Assembly: GCA_051294375.1 (NCBI GenBank) | Contig: CM119269.1 | Location: 17,098,265-17,162,264 of the forward strand | Direction of reading: 5' to 3' | Source of the DNA: Paraspadella gotoi | Lineage: Eukaryota > Animalia > Chaetognatha | Length of the DNA stretch: 64,000 nucleotides | Shown: positions 1 through 12,600 of the stretch, in pieces | How positions within the stretch are numbered: position 1 is the stretch's first letter | How the letters are laid out: every line of letters begins with the position of its first letter | The notes under the pieces: generated by a model | Databases searched by the model: none | The model's input: the letters and a program-made list of their open reading frames with translations, nothing else | Told to the model about the DNA's origin: nothing | Program-made: the position numbers and the translations under genes

Positions 1-283
1 TTTAAATAGGTCGACCACCAAGCAACTGCGTAAACAACTACACCCAAGCAAGCACACGAAAGCCCCATTGATTATTGATAATTGATAATGAGTAAGACGA
101 CTATATAAGATTATCAAATAATAACAAGGAAGATTTTTTATTACAATGGCTATATGGAGCGGTTAATTCAATGACTACCATCGCAACAACACCTCTGTTG
201 CTGATTAATGTGACCTTGTGGCGGTATATTCACACTGCCTCACGTCCGTCATCGATCAGTCAATCGCATTGGCCCAGAGGGGG

Positions 284-430
284 AACACTTCTCTTTGCGT
301 TGGCAAATCGAGACCGTCCTAGGGTAACCGTGCCAGTGACTGGATGCGTCACTGAGGGTCGGAAGCCCCCAAAGCCAACAGTGAGATGCCCCATCCCAAT
401 GGGCGTCACAGGCAACCCTGCTGTTGCCGT
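284..430 (-). repeat. Dispersed structured repeat, copy A (unclassified)
   Basis: The reverse complement (GGCAACAGCAGGGTTGCCTGTGACGCCCATTGGGATGGGGCATCTCACTGTTGGC...TTTGCCAACG) aligns over about 140 nt to 11047-11185 on +. Confidence 0.8.
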
Positions 431-907
431 AACGTCAAGTTTTCTCTTTTTTTTCCTGTTGATCAAAATTCGTTTTCTATTAATAGAACATAAATTTTAA
501 TTTAATTCGAATTTAAAACGCGATGAAAAGAAAAATACGAAAAAATAATGTCTGTTGATGAATAACTATTTATATTTAATCAAAATCATTAAGATTCTTT
601 CTCTTCTCAACAACAACGATGACAACAGTATTTTTCTCAAGAAGACCAGGACAACGACGAAAATAAATACAAAACATTAATTTTCTAGACAAAATAAATA
701 TTTTACATATATACTTACTGATAAATTCTCCCGTCGAAAGTTATTCACACCTCAATCTCTATAACGTTCAATAACCTTTTGACTTCATTTTTTTTTTACT
801 TTCTTTTTTTTTCGCCTTACTTATTAATTTTTTTCCCCTTTGGCGTTTTTCGCCTCTTTCCTTCCATATTCTAATTTTCGAGGGATGAATCGAATCCCAG
901 CTTAAAG

Positions 908-1070
908 CCCGACGCCGCCTGACGCACGCCCGACACAGAGCGACGCCGCTCGCCCGACGTAGAGCGACGCCGCCCGACGCCCGCCCGACGCCCGCCCGAC
1001 GCCGCATGACACCCGGCCAACACTGCCCGACGCAGAGCGACACCGCCAGACGCCACTCGACACCGCCGTA
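908..1070. repeat. GC-rich degenerate minisatellite
   Basis: Repeated CGCCCGACGC and GAGCGACGCCGC units in tandem. Confidence 0.75.
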
Positions 1071-1595
1071 CATCACCCACCGACCCGGATGTGAGTGGGC
1101 GCAAAGGGACGGTTAAATTTGCGCGCGTTGCGCTAGGACGTCAAAGTTTGCGCGTCATGCGTGCAGCGAATGTCTGTCCAGTAGTCTCCATGCGATCAGC
1201 AGTCTCGGGTAGATAATCAAACGAGAAAAACTCTCCCCTCAAACTTGCAAAACCGTCAACTCCAACTCCAACTTCCTCAAAGTGTTAACATCCGAATACA
1301 TTCTTTCAACGTGCTAATCCGTCCCTCTAACGTGCGAGGTGTCGCTCAACCACGAATGTTCTGCTTAAAATCAGAATTAACATTCATTTTCCTCTCGTGA
1401 ACAAAACGCGAGCGCTCGACTCTGCCGCCCTCCTATCCACCCCCCCCCTTGCCTCCCTACAGGGGTGTCCATCACTTTGAATAAGAAAAAAGGCAGCAAA
1501 AACGCCTTCCCTCCCCGCCCCCCTCTGTTATCCACCCACAGTTCTATCACGCACAACATTTTTTCGCTAATGAGAAAAATGAAAAAAATAGGGGA

Positions 1596-1622
1596 AGAGA
1601 GAGAGAGAGAAGCTAGGAGAGA

Positions 1623-1676
<54 letters not shown>

Positions 1677-1844
1677 TACAACAAGTAGTTCAATTATTGT
1701 TTGGAAGTAAATTAATCATTACCAATTCTTTTCCGGCCGGTTTTGCGACAAATATATAAGAAAAGATGATCATCATTAGTATTTGTGAACAGACAAATTT
1801 CGTTGATATATATTATATTCCCGAATTCTCACACAGGAGTAAGA

Positions 1845-1906
<62 letters not shown>

Positions 1907-2195
1907 GAGAGAGAGAGAGAGAGAGGCGAAGCTGAGACAGAGAGACGATCGATTTGTCTCGATCGAGAAAAAAATAAACAAAACAAAAAACCATCTCTCG
2001 CGAATTAATCTCCCCGTCAGCTCTCGATTCTCTTGTCCGACGACGAATACGAAGTTAATCAACGACGAAACGCGTTAACTGCGATATGCAAATGAGATCA
2101 AAGGTGCGACGAAGAGAGAGAGAAGAGAGAGGAGACGAGAGAGAGAGAGAGAGAGAGATGAGAGAGAGAGGAGAGAGAGAGAGAGAGAGAAAGAG
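1596..2195. repeat. Cluster of (GA)n microsatellites
   Basis: Runs at about 1596-1672, 1842-1945 and 2113-2190. Similar GA/CT runs recur across the window and generate most of the ER/SL-repeat ORFs in the track. Confidence 0.95.
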
Positions 2196-2499
2196 GAAGG
2201 ATGAGCGGATGATAATCGCTTTGAGCTGCTCTTTTTTTTCGTCGCCGGTAGATGGGAGGACGATCGAGAATAGGGGGCGCGTCGTGTTTGAGGGGGGGGT
2301 AAGAGGAAGAGACGGAGCGGCGTCCGGCGCGGTCGTCCTTTGTCTCATTTACATGACAGCGCTTTCAAGGACTTACCACGAGAAGTCTTTGATTAGAGAG
2401 TGGGATAGGAGAAACGACGAAAACGACGACGACGATAGCGACGATAATCACTATATATTCGAAAGATTAGACCACTATTATAACGCTCTGCTATAATGC

Positions 2500-2571
2500 T
2501 ATAAAGCCTGTCCAAAGTCAGGGGCAAAATAGCGTATTTATTAAATGAATGAATAATTGGTTGTACCAATT
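2500..2571 (+). repeat. Short dispersed repeat (3 copies in window)
   Basis: AAAGCCTGTCCAAAGTCAGGGGCAA..ATAGC.TATTTATTAAATGAATG recurs at about 7385-7451 and 19683-19750. Confidence 0.7.
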
Positions 2572-3756
2572 ACATAATAATAATTTTTTTATGGCACTGT
2601 GGTAAAAGTATTCGTCAAGTCTCGGTCAAGGTGTCCATTTATTTCTAATTTGCGAAAACTCGAGGTGAAGTGAAGAATTTGGGGGCTTTATTCTGTACAT
2701 CTAACAAACAGATATTACAAAATCAGAGCTATATTACGTAATGCGTATAATACGTATAATACGTAATGCAGACGTAGATCTTTATTCCTGATGGTCGAAA
2801 TCAATACTTTTCAAGGCACGCGATAACCCTTGCAAACAATTTCATTAAAAATAATCAATTTGTGACGTAAACTTTTTTTCCTCAATTTGTTATTCGGTTA
2901 AAAATATTTGCATTCATGCGTCTTTTATTGGCCAAATTTAGTTAATCTTTGAACCAAGAGAATCGATTACACATTTTATTTAGATATGTGTTAATCGTGA
3001 TAGAATTGAAACGTTAATAGTATTAGTATTAGTATTAGTAATACCGAAAACTCTTGGCTTCGGTGATTATCAAAGGCACAAGCCCATATTGTAGACAGGT
3101 AAAGAGGTAAAGAAGAAATCCGGAAAGATTTTGTGACCTCGCGTTCGGTCATTTTCCCCTTGTCATATAATTGACCTTCTCTCGAAGCCTTCTTTCAGCC
3201 GAAAACCCCGTCACTTGTTATTCGATCATAATCGTTTCTAATGGCACCGTAGTTCTTACGGAATCCAAGGATTTTCTACACCAATTTATTGTACTACATT
3301 AATTTCGCCATTTATTTACCTTTACAATAAACAAACTCGTTCACGATTTATTCGTCATTTATTCGACATATACGTCATTCGAGATTTAGAAAATCTAGCT
3401 CCGCGTTCAACCTACCTGTTCATTCATCTGTTCAACCTATGGCCGACGAATCGGACGCGCGACCCTCGAGGCATAGAAAATTATAAACATTTTCTACAAA
3501 TACTAAACCGTATTTTAAAACAAATTAAAAATAACCAAATAAAAAGAGAGCAAAGTAATGAAATACGGACTTGAGTCTTGAGATTATGAAAATAAGAATA
3601 ATGAAAGATCGATATATTATATGTGCATATATATACATGTATAGAGCGATAGACTTTTATATTTCGAATTGGCGCTCTTTATGACAACCGGCTTGATGAT
3701 GTCCACCTCATTCTTGACAACGAAAATGAAAATACGAACCTGACAGTAGAATCAAT

Positions 3757-4311
3757 GATCCCGACTCTATAATTCACTTTGTCGTCGGTCCGCCCTCTCA
3801 ATCTTATCGGGCATTCACTTATATCATTATATCATGTCAGAACATCGAATTATGATAAACTATGCAAAAAAAATGATGTCCGTCCTCTGTCTGTCTGTCC
3901 GTCTGTCTGTCCGTCTGTCTGTCTCTCTCTGTCTGTCTCTGACCGTCCTTCCCACCACTCGTGATTGTATGCATGGACTGAAATGAAATTTTATGTGTGG
4001 GTAGGGAAGTGTGTGATTGAGCTGTATATGAAGTTTCGATGTAAAATGTGTGAAAATGAGTTTAAATGGAAAAAAACAAAAAAATATTTTTCACTATTTG
4101 AACACCAATTACTCATGAGTGGATGGGGCGATTGACTTCAAATTTTGTATGTGGGTAGGAAAGTGTGTGATTGAGCAGGAAATAAAGTTTCGATGGAATC
4201 GTCCAAGTGGAAATGAGTTAAAATAGAAAAAACAAACAATCTAGTTCTCTATTTTATTATTATTACTATTATTATCGTGGGCAGATCCGGCATTGTTTGC
4301 TCAAACTTGTT
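3757..4311 (+). mobile_element. Non-autonomous Helentron/HINE (DINE-1-like) element, 5' truncated
   Basis: GATCCCGACTCTATAATTCACTTTGTC start, (GTCY)n microsatellite, an internal ~130 bp tandem duplication, then 3' GGGCAGATCCGGC and a terminal AAACTTGTT. Same family as 15985-16398 and 44181-44450. Confidence 0.7.
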
Positions 4312-4696
4312 AATAGTACAGTCAAACCGAACTGGTTTCAATTCGTCATTTCTTAGCTATTTTTGTCTCAAATCCGAATTTCAGCGGAAAAAAAACAGGT
4401 TTCGAAAATTAGCCGAGGAAGAGAGGGAAATAATTCTATCCGAAGTCCACATGGCGAAAGACATGAAAAACTTATCGGGACAAAGAACCTTTTGTATTCC
4501 AAAAATTTATAATATAAAAAACAATAAATTTATAAAATAGAAATGGCCCTCTTTCTAGAAAAATGATCATTTCCAGCTTTTTTTTATTTTTAATTTTGTT
4601 TGGAACATGTTCTGAACTTTCTAAAATAGCTTTTTCAAAAAAATATTTTAAAAATTTTTTTACGTACGCAGTTAGTGACAAAGTTTTTTCAACATC

Positions 4697-6333
4697 ATGA
4701 ATTGCGTAAAAGAGAAAAAAAAGGACGACCGCAAAAATAGTAAAGAAAACGGCAGTAAAGACCATAGCGACAGCAACGACAGTGTTAGCAATGACAGCAT
4801 CGACATTGCAGAAAGAAGAGGTCTTACTTTCAACAACAATGGCGGAAGCGACGCCAGCGGCGACACATTTGAACAAGTTTTTCACATTATCGGCAAATTC
4901 GGTCCCTTTCAGTTTTGGTGAGTTTACCATAAAAATTAAAAAGAAAATCTAAATATTGAATCATTTTTGAAGGTTATATCCTTTGTGTCAGGACTTATTT
5001 CATTTCGCTCTCCGCGATCATTTTCTGCGGCATCCAAGGATTCGCCAACAATATTTTGGTGACTAAACCGAAGGGAAACTTTTCTTGTCTCTGTCCGTCA
5101 GACTTGGAAAATGCCAATCAGGTTGCGCGAAAACGAAGATGATGTAAATGTGAATATATTATTCATCGTCCACCGCTTATAATAAATTCCAATTTCAGAC
5201 GCAATACGAGGCCTTCGATGGCGAAACCTCAAAAAACTGTGAGTTAATCATAAATTTATTTTTAAAAATAACAATTGTTATTTTCGCCCACTAAATGTCG
5301 TAAACAAAGTATATTTACTTCCACCTCATGACAGTTTGTAAAGAACATATTCCCACGTTGCCTCGGTTTTCCTCCTTCAGCCTATGATCCGACGAACCCC
5401 TGCAACTTCAGCGCAGCAGACGACCGCGCCAGCGTCGTCGCCGCCTTTCGTCTCGTCTGCGGCCGAGCTTACCTCGCGAGACTCCCCAATTTAATATTTT
5501 TTCTCGGGATGTTCTTTGGCTCGTACTCTTTGGGTTACGTAAGTTTCAATTTGATTTTCTTTTAAGAAGCAACTACTCGCTTCTCCCGGATGTCTCTGGC
5601 GTTGCGGAGAGAGGGAGGGAAGGGAAGAGAGAGAAGGAAAGAGGGTGAAAAAGAGAGAGGAAGAGGGAGATAGAGAGAAAAAAGAAAAAGTTTGTCTTCG
5701 GTCGAGAGCCAGCCTTTTTTCAGGTGATTTCCGTTTTTGGATGAATAATTAACAGAATATATATTTAAATTTGCTCGACGGAAATTTACATAATTATTTA
5801 AAACGCAGAAATGTTTGAAACTTTGAAGTTCAATGATCAAAGTCTTCATATTTTCTCGTTTCTCCGTCGCAGTTAAGCGACAAGTTCGGACGACGCATTG
5901 TTTACCGCATCATGTTCGTGACCATGATTCTCTCAATGACGCTGATCGCCTCACCAATGTGGGGGCGTTTCGAGATTTTCCTTCTGCTCAGATTTGTTGG
6001 CGGTGAGTCGTTGCTGTTAAATTTCGTCGTTGGCGCCCGCAATGTTGTCTTTGGTATTTTGGTCACTGGTCAGGCCTCTCCGCCGTGAGTCTCTATTTGG
6101 CGCTCTTCGTATTGGGGATGGAAATATCGAGATCGAAGAGACGAACTTTGGTGGGGATCATCCCCAACTTTCCTTACGCGCTCGGTATCATTATCGCCGG
6201 TAGGAGTTACTGTATTACAAATATTCCAATGAATTTCAACTCGTAATTAGCCTGTTTGAAATTAGGTATTTTCGAAATAATTTATTTTTACAGAATTCGG
6301 AAACCATAAAAATTAATAACCACCTTTAGTTTT

Positions 6334-6426
<93 letters not shown>

Positions 6427-8621
6427 CTTTCTCAGAAGTGATCGCGGCTTTTCTGGACGACTGGCGCCATCTTGCTCTCGGAATTTCGCTTCCCGGACTC
6501 ATTTTGCTCATTGGAATCTTTTCGATGCCGGAATCGCCCAGGTTAGTAATTCTTGAATGGTTGGACATTCTGATTTTTAATTGATTGTTGATTTTTAGGT
6601 TTTTCTTTACCCTTCTTTCCTTTCTTCCTTTCTCTTCTTCATCCAGATGGCTCCTCAGCAAGGACAAAATCTCCGAATTGAAGACATGTCTTCTGTCGGT
6701 GGCGGCGACGAACAAAAAATTGACTTCTGCGTCGGCGAAAGAGTTGGAGGGAATTGTGGATGACATCGCAGAGGAGAGAGAGAAGGAAAAAGAAAAAGCG
6801 GAAAACAAAGTACGTCGGATCTTGTTTTTTAGTTTAAGTTTATTTTGCAAACAAAATGTATACAAAAGAACGAATCATTTAAAAAAAAATTACGTTTACA
6901 ATTTTTATCCTTCAAGCAATATCAAAAATCTCCTTTTCATATTAAAGTATAGAGAGTTTAGTGATATTTGTAGGTTAAATTATTTTCGTTTATTTTTAAT
7001 ATAATTACATTGATAAATATATGCCAAAAATGAAATTTATAACCAAGTATTGTAAAGAAAAAATTCTGCTTTTTAAACAGACCAACCAACCAAGAAATGC
7101 ATCTCACAAAATAAACAAACTTTTCAACTCAGGTCGGCGTAAGGGATTTGTTCAAAACTCGGCAGATGGCGGCCAAGACTCTCATTGTTGCAATTAATTG
7201 GTTGGCTTGCGCCGCCGTCTACTTTGGCGCTACCATCAACATTGCCAGGATGGACATTTCACCGATTCTGGGTCTTATAGTTTCTGGTAGGGGAGTGAAG
7301 TTTTGACATTGGTGATTGAAAAATCAGTTATCAGTATAAATTGCATTATTCTTCATTTGGTTCTATGTAGTAAGAGTTACATTACAAAGTCAGGGGCGAT
7401 ATAGCTTATTTAATAAATGAAAGGATAATTTTTATTTTGGTTGTACCAATTTCATTGATACAATGTGGCAGGTATTTTACTCATTTCTGTATTTTTAAGC
7501 AGCCTATGTTTCTCCATCAAGTTATGTTCATAAAATTGATCCAAATTATGTACATCAAATAAAATGTTATATCGACTAAAGCAAGAAAAAACTAAACCAA
7601 GTAAATTGGTTCACCCTCAACTCCCTTCAAAGGCTCCAGCGAGATTTTGGCTGAGTTCATCCTCCTCCTCATCCTTGACCGACTTGGCCGCAAGGTCTGT
7701 CACTCGACAGCGATGTTAATGACTGGCGTCGTCTGCTTGGCTTCAATATTTGCCGCCTCCGACGAAACCGCCTTCGCCTTGAGCATGATCGGTAGAGGGC
7801 AATGTTGGAGTGGGTGTTTGTCAGACTATGTTATTGTTGATAATTCAGTCAGTCGGTTGTCAGCTTGTATGGCTGTCTATCTGCCATTCTGTTTTCTTGT
7901 AAGTATGTCTGTAATTTTTCTATCACTATGATTCTATTTTCAGGAAAGTTGTTCATCACCAGTGCTTTCGTGACCATTTTCATTTACTCTGCAGAGATTT
8001 TCCCCACCGTCTTGCGAAATACAGGTTCTCTTGGTCACTTAATGTAACGAATATGAACATAATAATAAACTATTTATAAGGCCATGAGAACTGCTTTTTT
8101 TGGCCAATTTATTTTTTTGTTTTTCTTATCATACTATGTTCTTTTTATCGATTTGAAAGTGGATTTTAGCCAAACCCTTCTAACCCAACTCCTCCCCCAT
8201 TTTTCTGACAGGCATGGGAATTAGCTCATTAGTGGCTCGTATTGGAACCATTGTGGCACCGATTTTGGTTGACTTCTCCACGAGTCCCGCAACGCCACTT
8301 TTGATATTTGGTTTTATCGCTTGTATTGCAGGTATAATTAAGATAGTGTTAAAATTAATGTTCAATTAAACCATCAATCAAACATTCCGTCAATCAAACA
8401 TTCAATTTGTAATTTTTATAACTTTTGATGTTCATTTAAATCTTTCTGCAGGCCTCCTTTCCTTGTTCCTTCCGGAAACGGCCGGCCATCCGATGCCGGA
8501 GACGTTTCAAGATGCCGAGAGGCTCCCGTTGGAGAGTCCGTTGGCGGTGTTCCGTCGGAATCCGTGTCGGCGTCCCGAAGGGAAGGCGGGCGAAGGGATG
8601 CAGGGCAGGGGAGCTGTTTGA
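4697..8621 (+). CDS. SLC22 organic cation transporter-like protein (MFS), paralog 1; 13 exons, about 585 aa
   Basis: Exons 4697-4917, 4992-5121, 5199-5238, 5381-5538, 5873-6002, 6074-6199, 6436-6541, 6647-6809, 7133-7286, 7633-7791, 7944-8024, 8212-8331, 8452-8621. All introns GT-AG and in phase. SLC22 motifs: IGKFGPFQ, FRLVC, LSDKFGRR, MEI..SKRR, DWRHL, PESPRWL, DRLGRK, AEIFPTVLRNTGMG, LPETAGHPMPET. Confidence 0.93.
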
Positions 8622-8912
8622 AGAACCATACAATTTTTATACTATAGTTTAAATTTTTTTACAAATAAGCTTTAAACAAGGCAGTTGCTTTCCAGTCTGA
8701 TCATAAAATAAAAGCCCTTAGACGGGAAGCTTCAAAAAAAAAAAAAATAGCCCCAGTAATCAGTCTAATCTCCCGCCCCCCCCCAAAAAAAAAAATTATG
8801 TTTTGTATACTATGTAATTACATATTACCTATAGCTATAGCTATACCTATAGCTCTCACTCTCAGACTCTTTTATTTTCTATTCTTTTTTCTCTTAAGAA
8901 TTTAAAATAAAT

Positions 8913-8951
8913 CTTTAACACTGATGATGGCATGCCGAAATATTTGGAAAG
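8913..8951 (+). ncRNA. Candidate minimal type I hammerhead ribozyme motif
   Basis: CTTTAACA-CTGATGA-T-GGCATGCC-GAAA-TA-TT-TGGAAAG: both core boxes, a short stem II, a palindromic AAATATTT stem III and an imperfect stem I. Confidence 0.4.
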
Positions 8952-9653
8952 AAATTGTTTTGTAAATCTCATTACGAAAATACATCTCATACTTGCGATG
9001 ATCCTGTAACAGATTTTTCATAAAGCTTCATGATTCTTTTTAAATAATTAGTGCAAACTCATGAAAAATGGGCTCAAAGCTCGAAGAGTGCTAAAACAGA
9101 AAAACACGTTTTTCAACAGATTAAAACAAATCCAATTTTTTCGTTTCGAAACTGGGTTGAAGGCTTGTTCAACTTGTTTGACCACCTCTTTCTCATTGAC
9201 GATGAAAATGAAGACCAAGCGAGAGCTGAATCCAAACAAATTTTTAAGTCGGACGAACATTAGAAAGAAACAAGAGACTAAATTAGAATTAAATTATAAT
9301 TTTTCTAATTTTTTTTTTGTTCCCTCAATTTCGTCTTAAAACCAAGTTTCATCAAAAAGCAGGTTTTTAAAATTGTTTGAAGGAGGAAAAAGTGTTATCG
9401 ACATTGTTAGAGAAACGAAAGTCTTCTGATAGACGATGTTTTTAGCTGAAATCTTTTTGTCACACAAAGGATGATACAAATTAATATTGATTGGCGAAAT
9501 AGAGAGTTGTAAAACCAGAAAGGCCATTTTTCTAGAAAAAAAAAATCAACACCGGTTTTTCAACAAGTTGGTAACTTACGTCCCTAAAAAGAATCCAAAA
9601 CTTTTGACAAAATATTTTAATTTTTTTAAAAATACGAGTCCTCGTGAGTCGCC

Positions 9654-12600
9654 ATGAATTGCCTAAAAGCAAAAAAATCAAAAGATCTCGATGAGAGAAT
9701 TGAAAACAAGAAGAGCAACGACAAAAAAGACAGCAAAGACAGCAACGAAAGTGTCAGTCACGATAGCAAGGATGTTGCAGAAAGAAGTGGTCTCACTGCC
9801 AACTGCAATGGCGTCAGTGATGCCAGCGGTGACAAGTTTGAACAAATTTTTCAAATCATCGGAACATTTGGTCCGTTTCAGTTCTGGTGAGTTTACTAAG
9901 TTCTAGCCTCGCTCTCAACAGTAACATAAACATTGTTTAAACATTGTTTAAACATTGTTTATTAAACATTGTTTATTAAACAATATGGATGCGAGCAATA
10001 ATAAACAAAAAATTTTAATAAAAAAACAAAAAATAGAATTGAACTAAATTGGATTGAACTAAAAGTATTTTTAAAACCATGAAATCGTTTCAATTCTTCG
10101 TATATTTTTACTTTCTGTTAAAGGACATATTTCATACTCTTATCTGCGGTCACTTTCTCCGGAGTCCAAGCTTTTGCCAACAACATTTTAGTTACTCAAC
10201 CGAAGAGAAACTTCACTTGCATCTGTCCGTCCGACTTGACTAATATCACACAGGTTCAACAGAAATTTTGAAAAATATTTATCCATCTTTTAATTTAATT
10301 TAATTTAAAGGTTTAAATCTGAGAATAAAAATTCAATTTCAGACGCAAATTATGTCCACCTCCGGCGATGTCTTTTCGAGCAATAGTGAGTCAATCTTAA
10401 ATTAAATAGGGAAACATCTTTTTGCTCAATTAAGACAAAACAGTAAGTTATATATTCTCACCAATCCTAAAGCATCCTTCGATCCTACAAATCCCTGCAA
10501 CTTCAGCGCCGAGGACAGTCGCGTCAGTGTGGTCGCCGCGTTTCGTCTCGTCTGCGACCGAGCTTACCTCGCGAATCTTCCAAATCTCATCTACTATGCT
10601 GGAATGCTCGTTGGGTCTTACGCTGTGGGATACGTAAGTTTGGATTTTATTTCCTTTAATGAAGCAAACGCTCGCTTCTCATATACTACTATATAGTGAG
10701 ACTCTTTAATCTTCATTCTTTAGTGTCATTTTGACTGGATATTGCTGAAGAGACAGTAATTATTGATATGTGTTAATGACAGAACCGTTCAATATAAGCA
10801 GTCCCTGAGCTTCGGATCAGGCCGTAACACCATGTTACAGGCGGGTTAAGCGCCCCGTCCCTCTTAACTGCAAGGCGACCACCGGGCTAGAACCCCGGTC
10901 CTTTGGGTTGGGAGGCGAATGATTTGCCTCCGGCACCAATGGCCGCTGATGAACGGTTGGTGGATTTTAGTCCACCATATTGCTTTAATTTCAGTTAGAT
11001 ATAGGTACAACTCTTGTTTTTAAATGCAAGTAAAACCTTATATTATAGCAACAGCCGGGTTGCCTGTGATGCCAATTGGGATGGGGCATCTAACTGTTGG
11101 CTTTAGGGCTTCCGACCCTCAGAAGCACCGCCTGCCACTGGCGCGTTTAACCTTGGACGGTCTCGCTTTGCCAACACAGAGGGATGACGTTAGGACTGTG
11201 GATAGACTATGGAGCCAATTGCATCTACTTTAGTTAACTCTTTAACATACTAAGAGTTTATAAAACTTTGTTTATCCAGTCGAGCGTTGAAAAATAACAA
11301 AATATAACAAATCAAGTGAGGTACATAGCTATTTTAGTGTAATGTAGTCTGTAGAATTCGATGGTGATGACCATTTTTTTATATAATTTTATCTTTCTTG
11401 TCGGAAATGGCGGTTTTAAAGTATATAAAATTGTTATATAAATACAAAACCATTATAAGTTATGATAAATCAAATTATAAAAATTTTAAAATTTATATGA
11501 GCTTTTGAAATATAAAAATAAGACTTATAAAAATATTTTGGTAAGTTTTATTTCTCAAATTTTATGTTTTATAAAAAGTTAGTTATATGTGGACTAAAAC
11601 CCACCAACCGTTCATCAGCGGCCATTGGTGCCGGAGGCAAGTCATCGCCTCCAACCCAAAGGTTCGGGGTTCTAGCCCGTGTGGTCGTCTGCATTAAGAG
11701 GGACGGGGCGCTTAACCCGCCTGTAACATGGTGTTACAGGCCTGATCCGAAGCTCAGGGACTGCTTATATTGAACGGTTCTATCACTAACTCATAACAAT
11801 AATTACTGTCTCTTCAGTGTAACTATATTATTAATATTAGAGTAAAAATTAGATAAAGTTAAAAATAATAATTTTAAAATTGTTTTCATGGATTTGCATT
11901 CTTTGCAAAAAGTTGATATAAGAAAATATAATTTTATTATACAAAATTATGTCATTAAGTTGTCAAATTCAGAAAAAACTATAATTTTAAGCCAAAAATT
12001 GAAAAATTAAACAAAAATAATAGTTTTAATATTTTTAACCTACTTAATGAAAGAATTTTTAAAATGGATTATACTTTCTTATATCAACTTTTTGTAAAAA
12101 ATTCCAATCCGGTTTTAAAATTTTATTTTTTTATTTTTTCACTTTAGCTTATTTTTTATTATTATTTATTAATAAATATAGCTAACAAACTATTAATAAA
12201 ATCTAAAATTTGTAAATAAACTTACCAAAATATTTATATGGGTCTTTATTTTCATATTATGTAAGTTAAATATGGCTTTTATAAAATCTTAATAATTTGA
12301 GTTTCTTATACTCTACAATGTTTGCTCCATTTTAATAGCACCTTATATGCTGCAAAAATCGCCATTTCCGACAAAGAAGATGAGACTATACAAAAAAATG
12401 GTTATCATCATCGAATTCTACGGACTTTATTACACTAAAATAGCTATGTACCTCACTTGATTTGTTATATTTCGTTATTTTTCAACGCCCAATATCCAGT
12501 CAATTAAAATTTTAAATGTAATATGAATAATAATAATTTCCTTTGTTTTACGTATTTCGATCTTCCATCTTTATCGCAGCTGAGTGACAAGTTCGGACGA

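Noticed and set aside
1465-2496. ORFs rich in ER/RE or SL repeats here and throughout the window
   Set aside because: They are translations of (GA)n/(CT)n microsatellites with no domain content or splice support.
4472-4930. 152-aa hydrophobic minus-strand ORF
   Set aside because: It is the antisense shadow of the Lys/Asp/Ser-rich first exon of SLC22 paralog 1.
11617-11690. Functional tRNA gene
   Set aside because: The D and anticodon arms do not fold canonically, and it lies inside a longer repeat present in three diverged copies.
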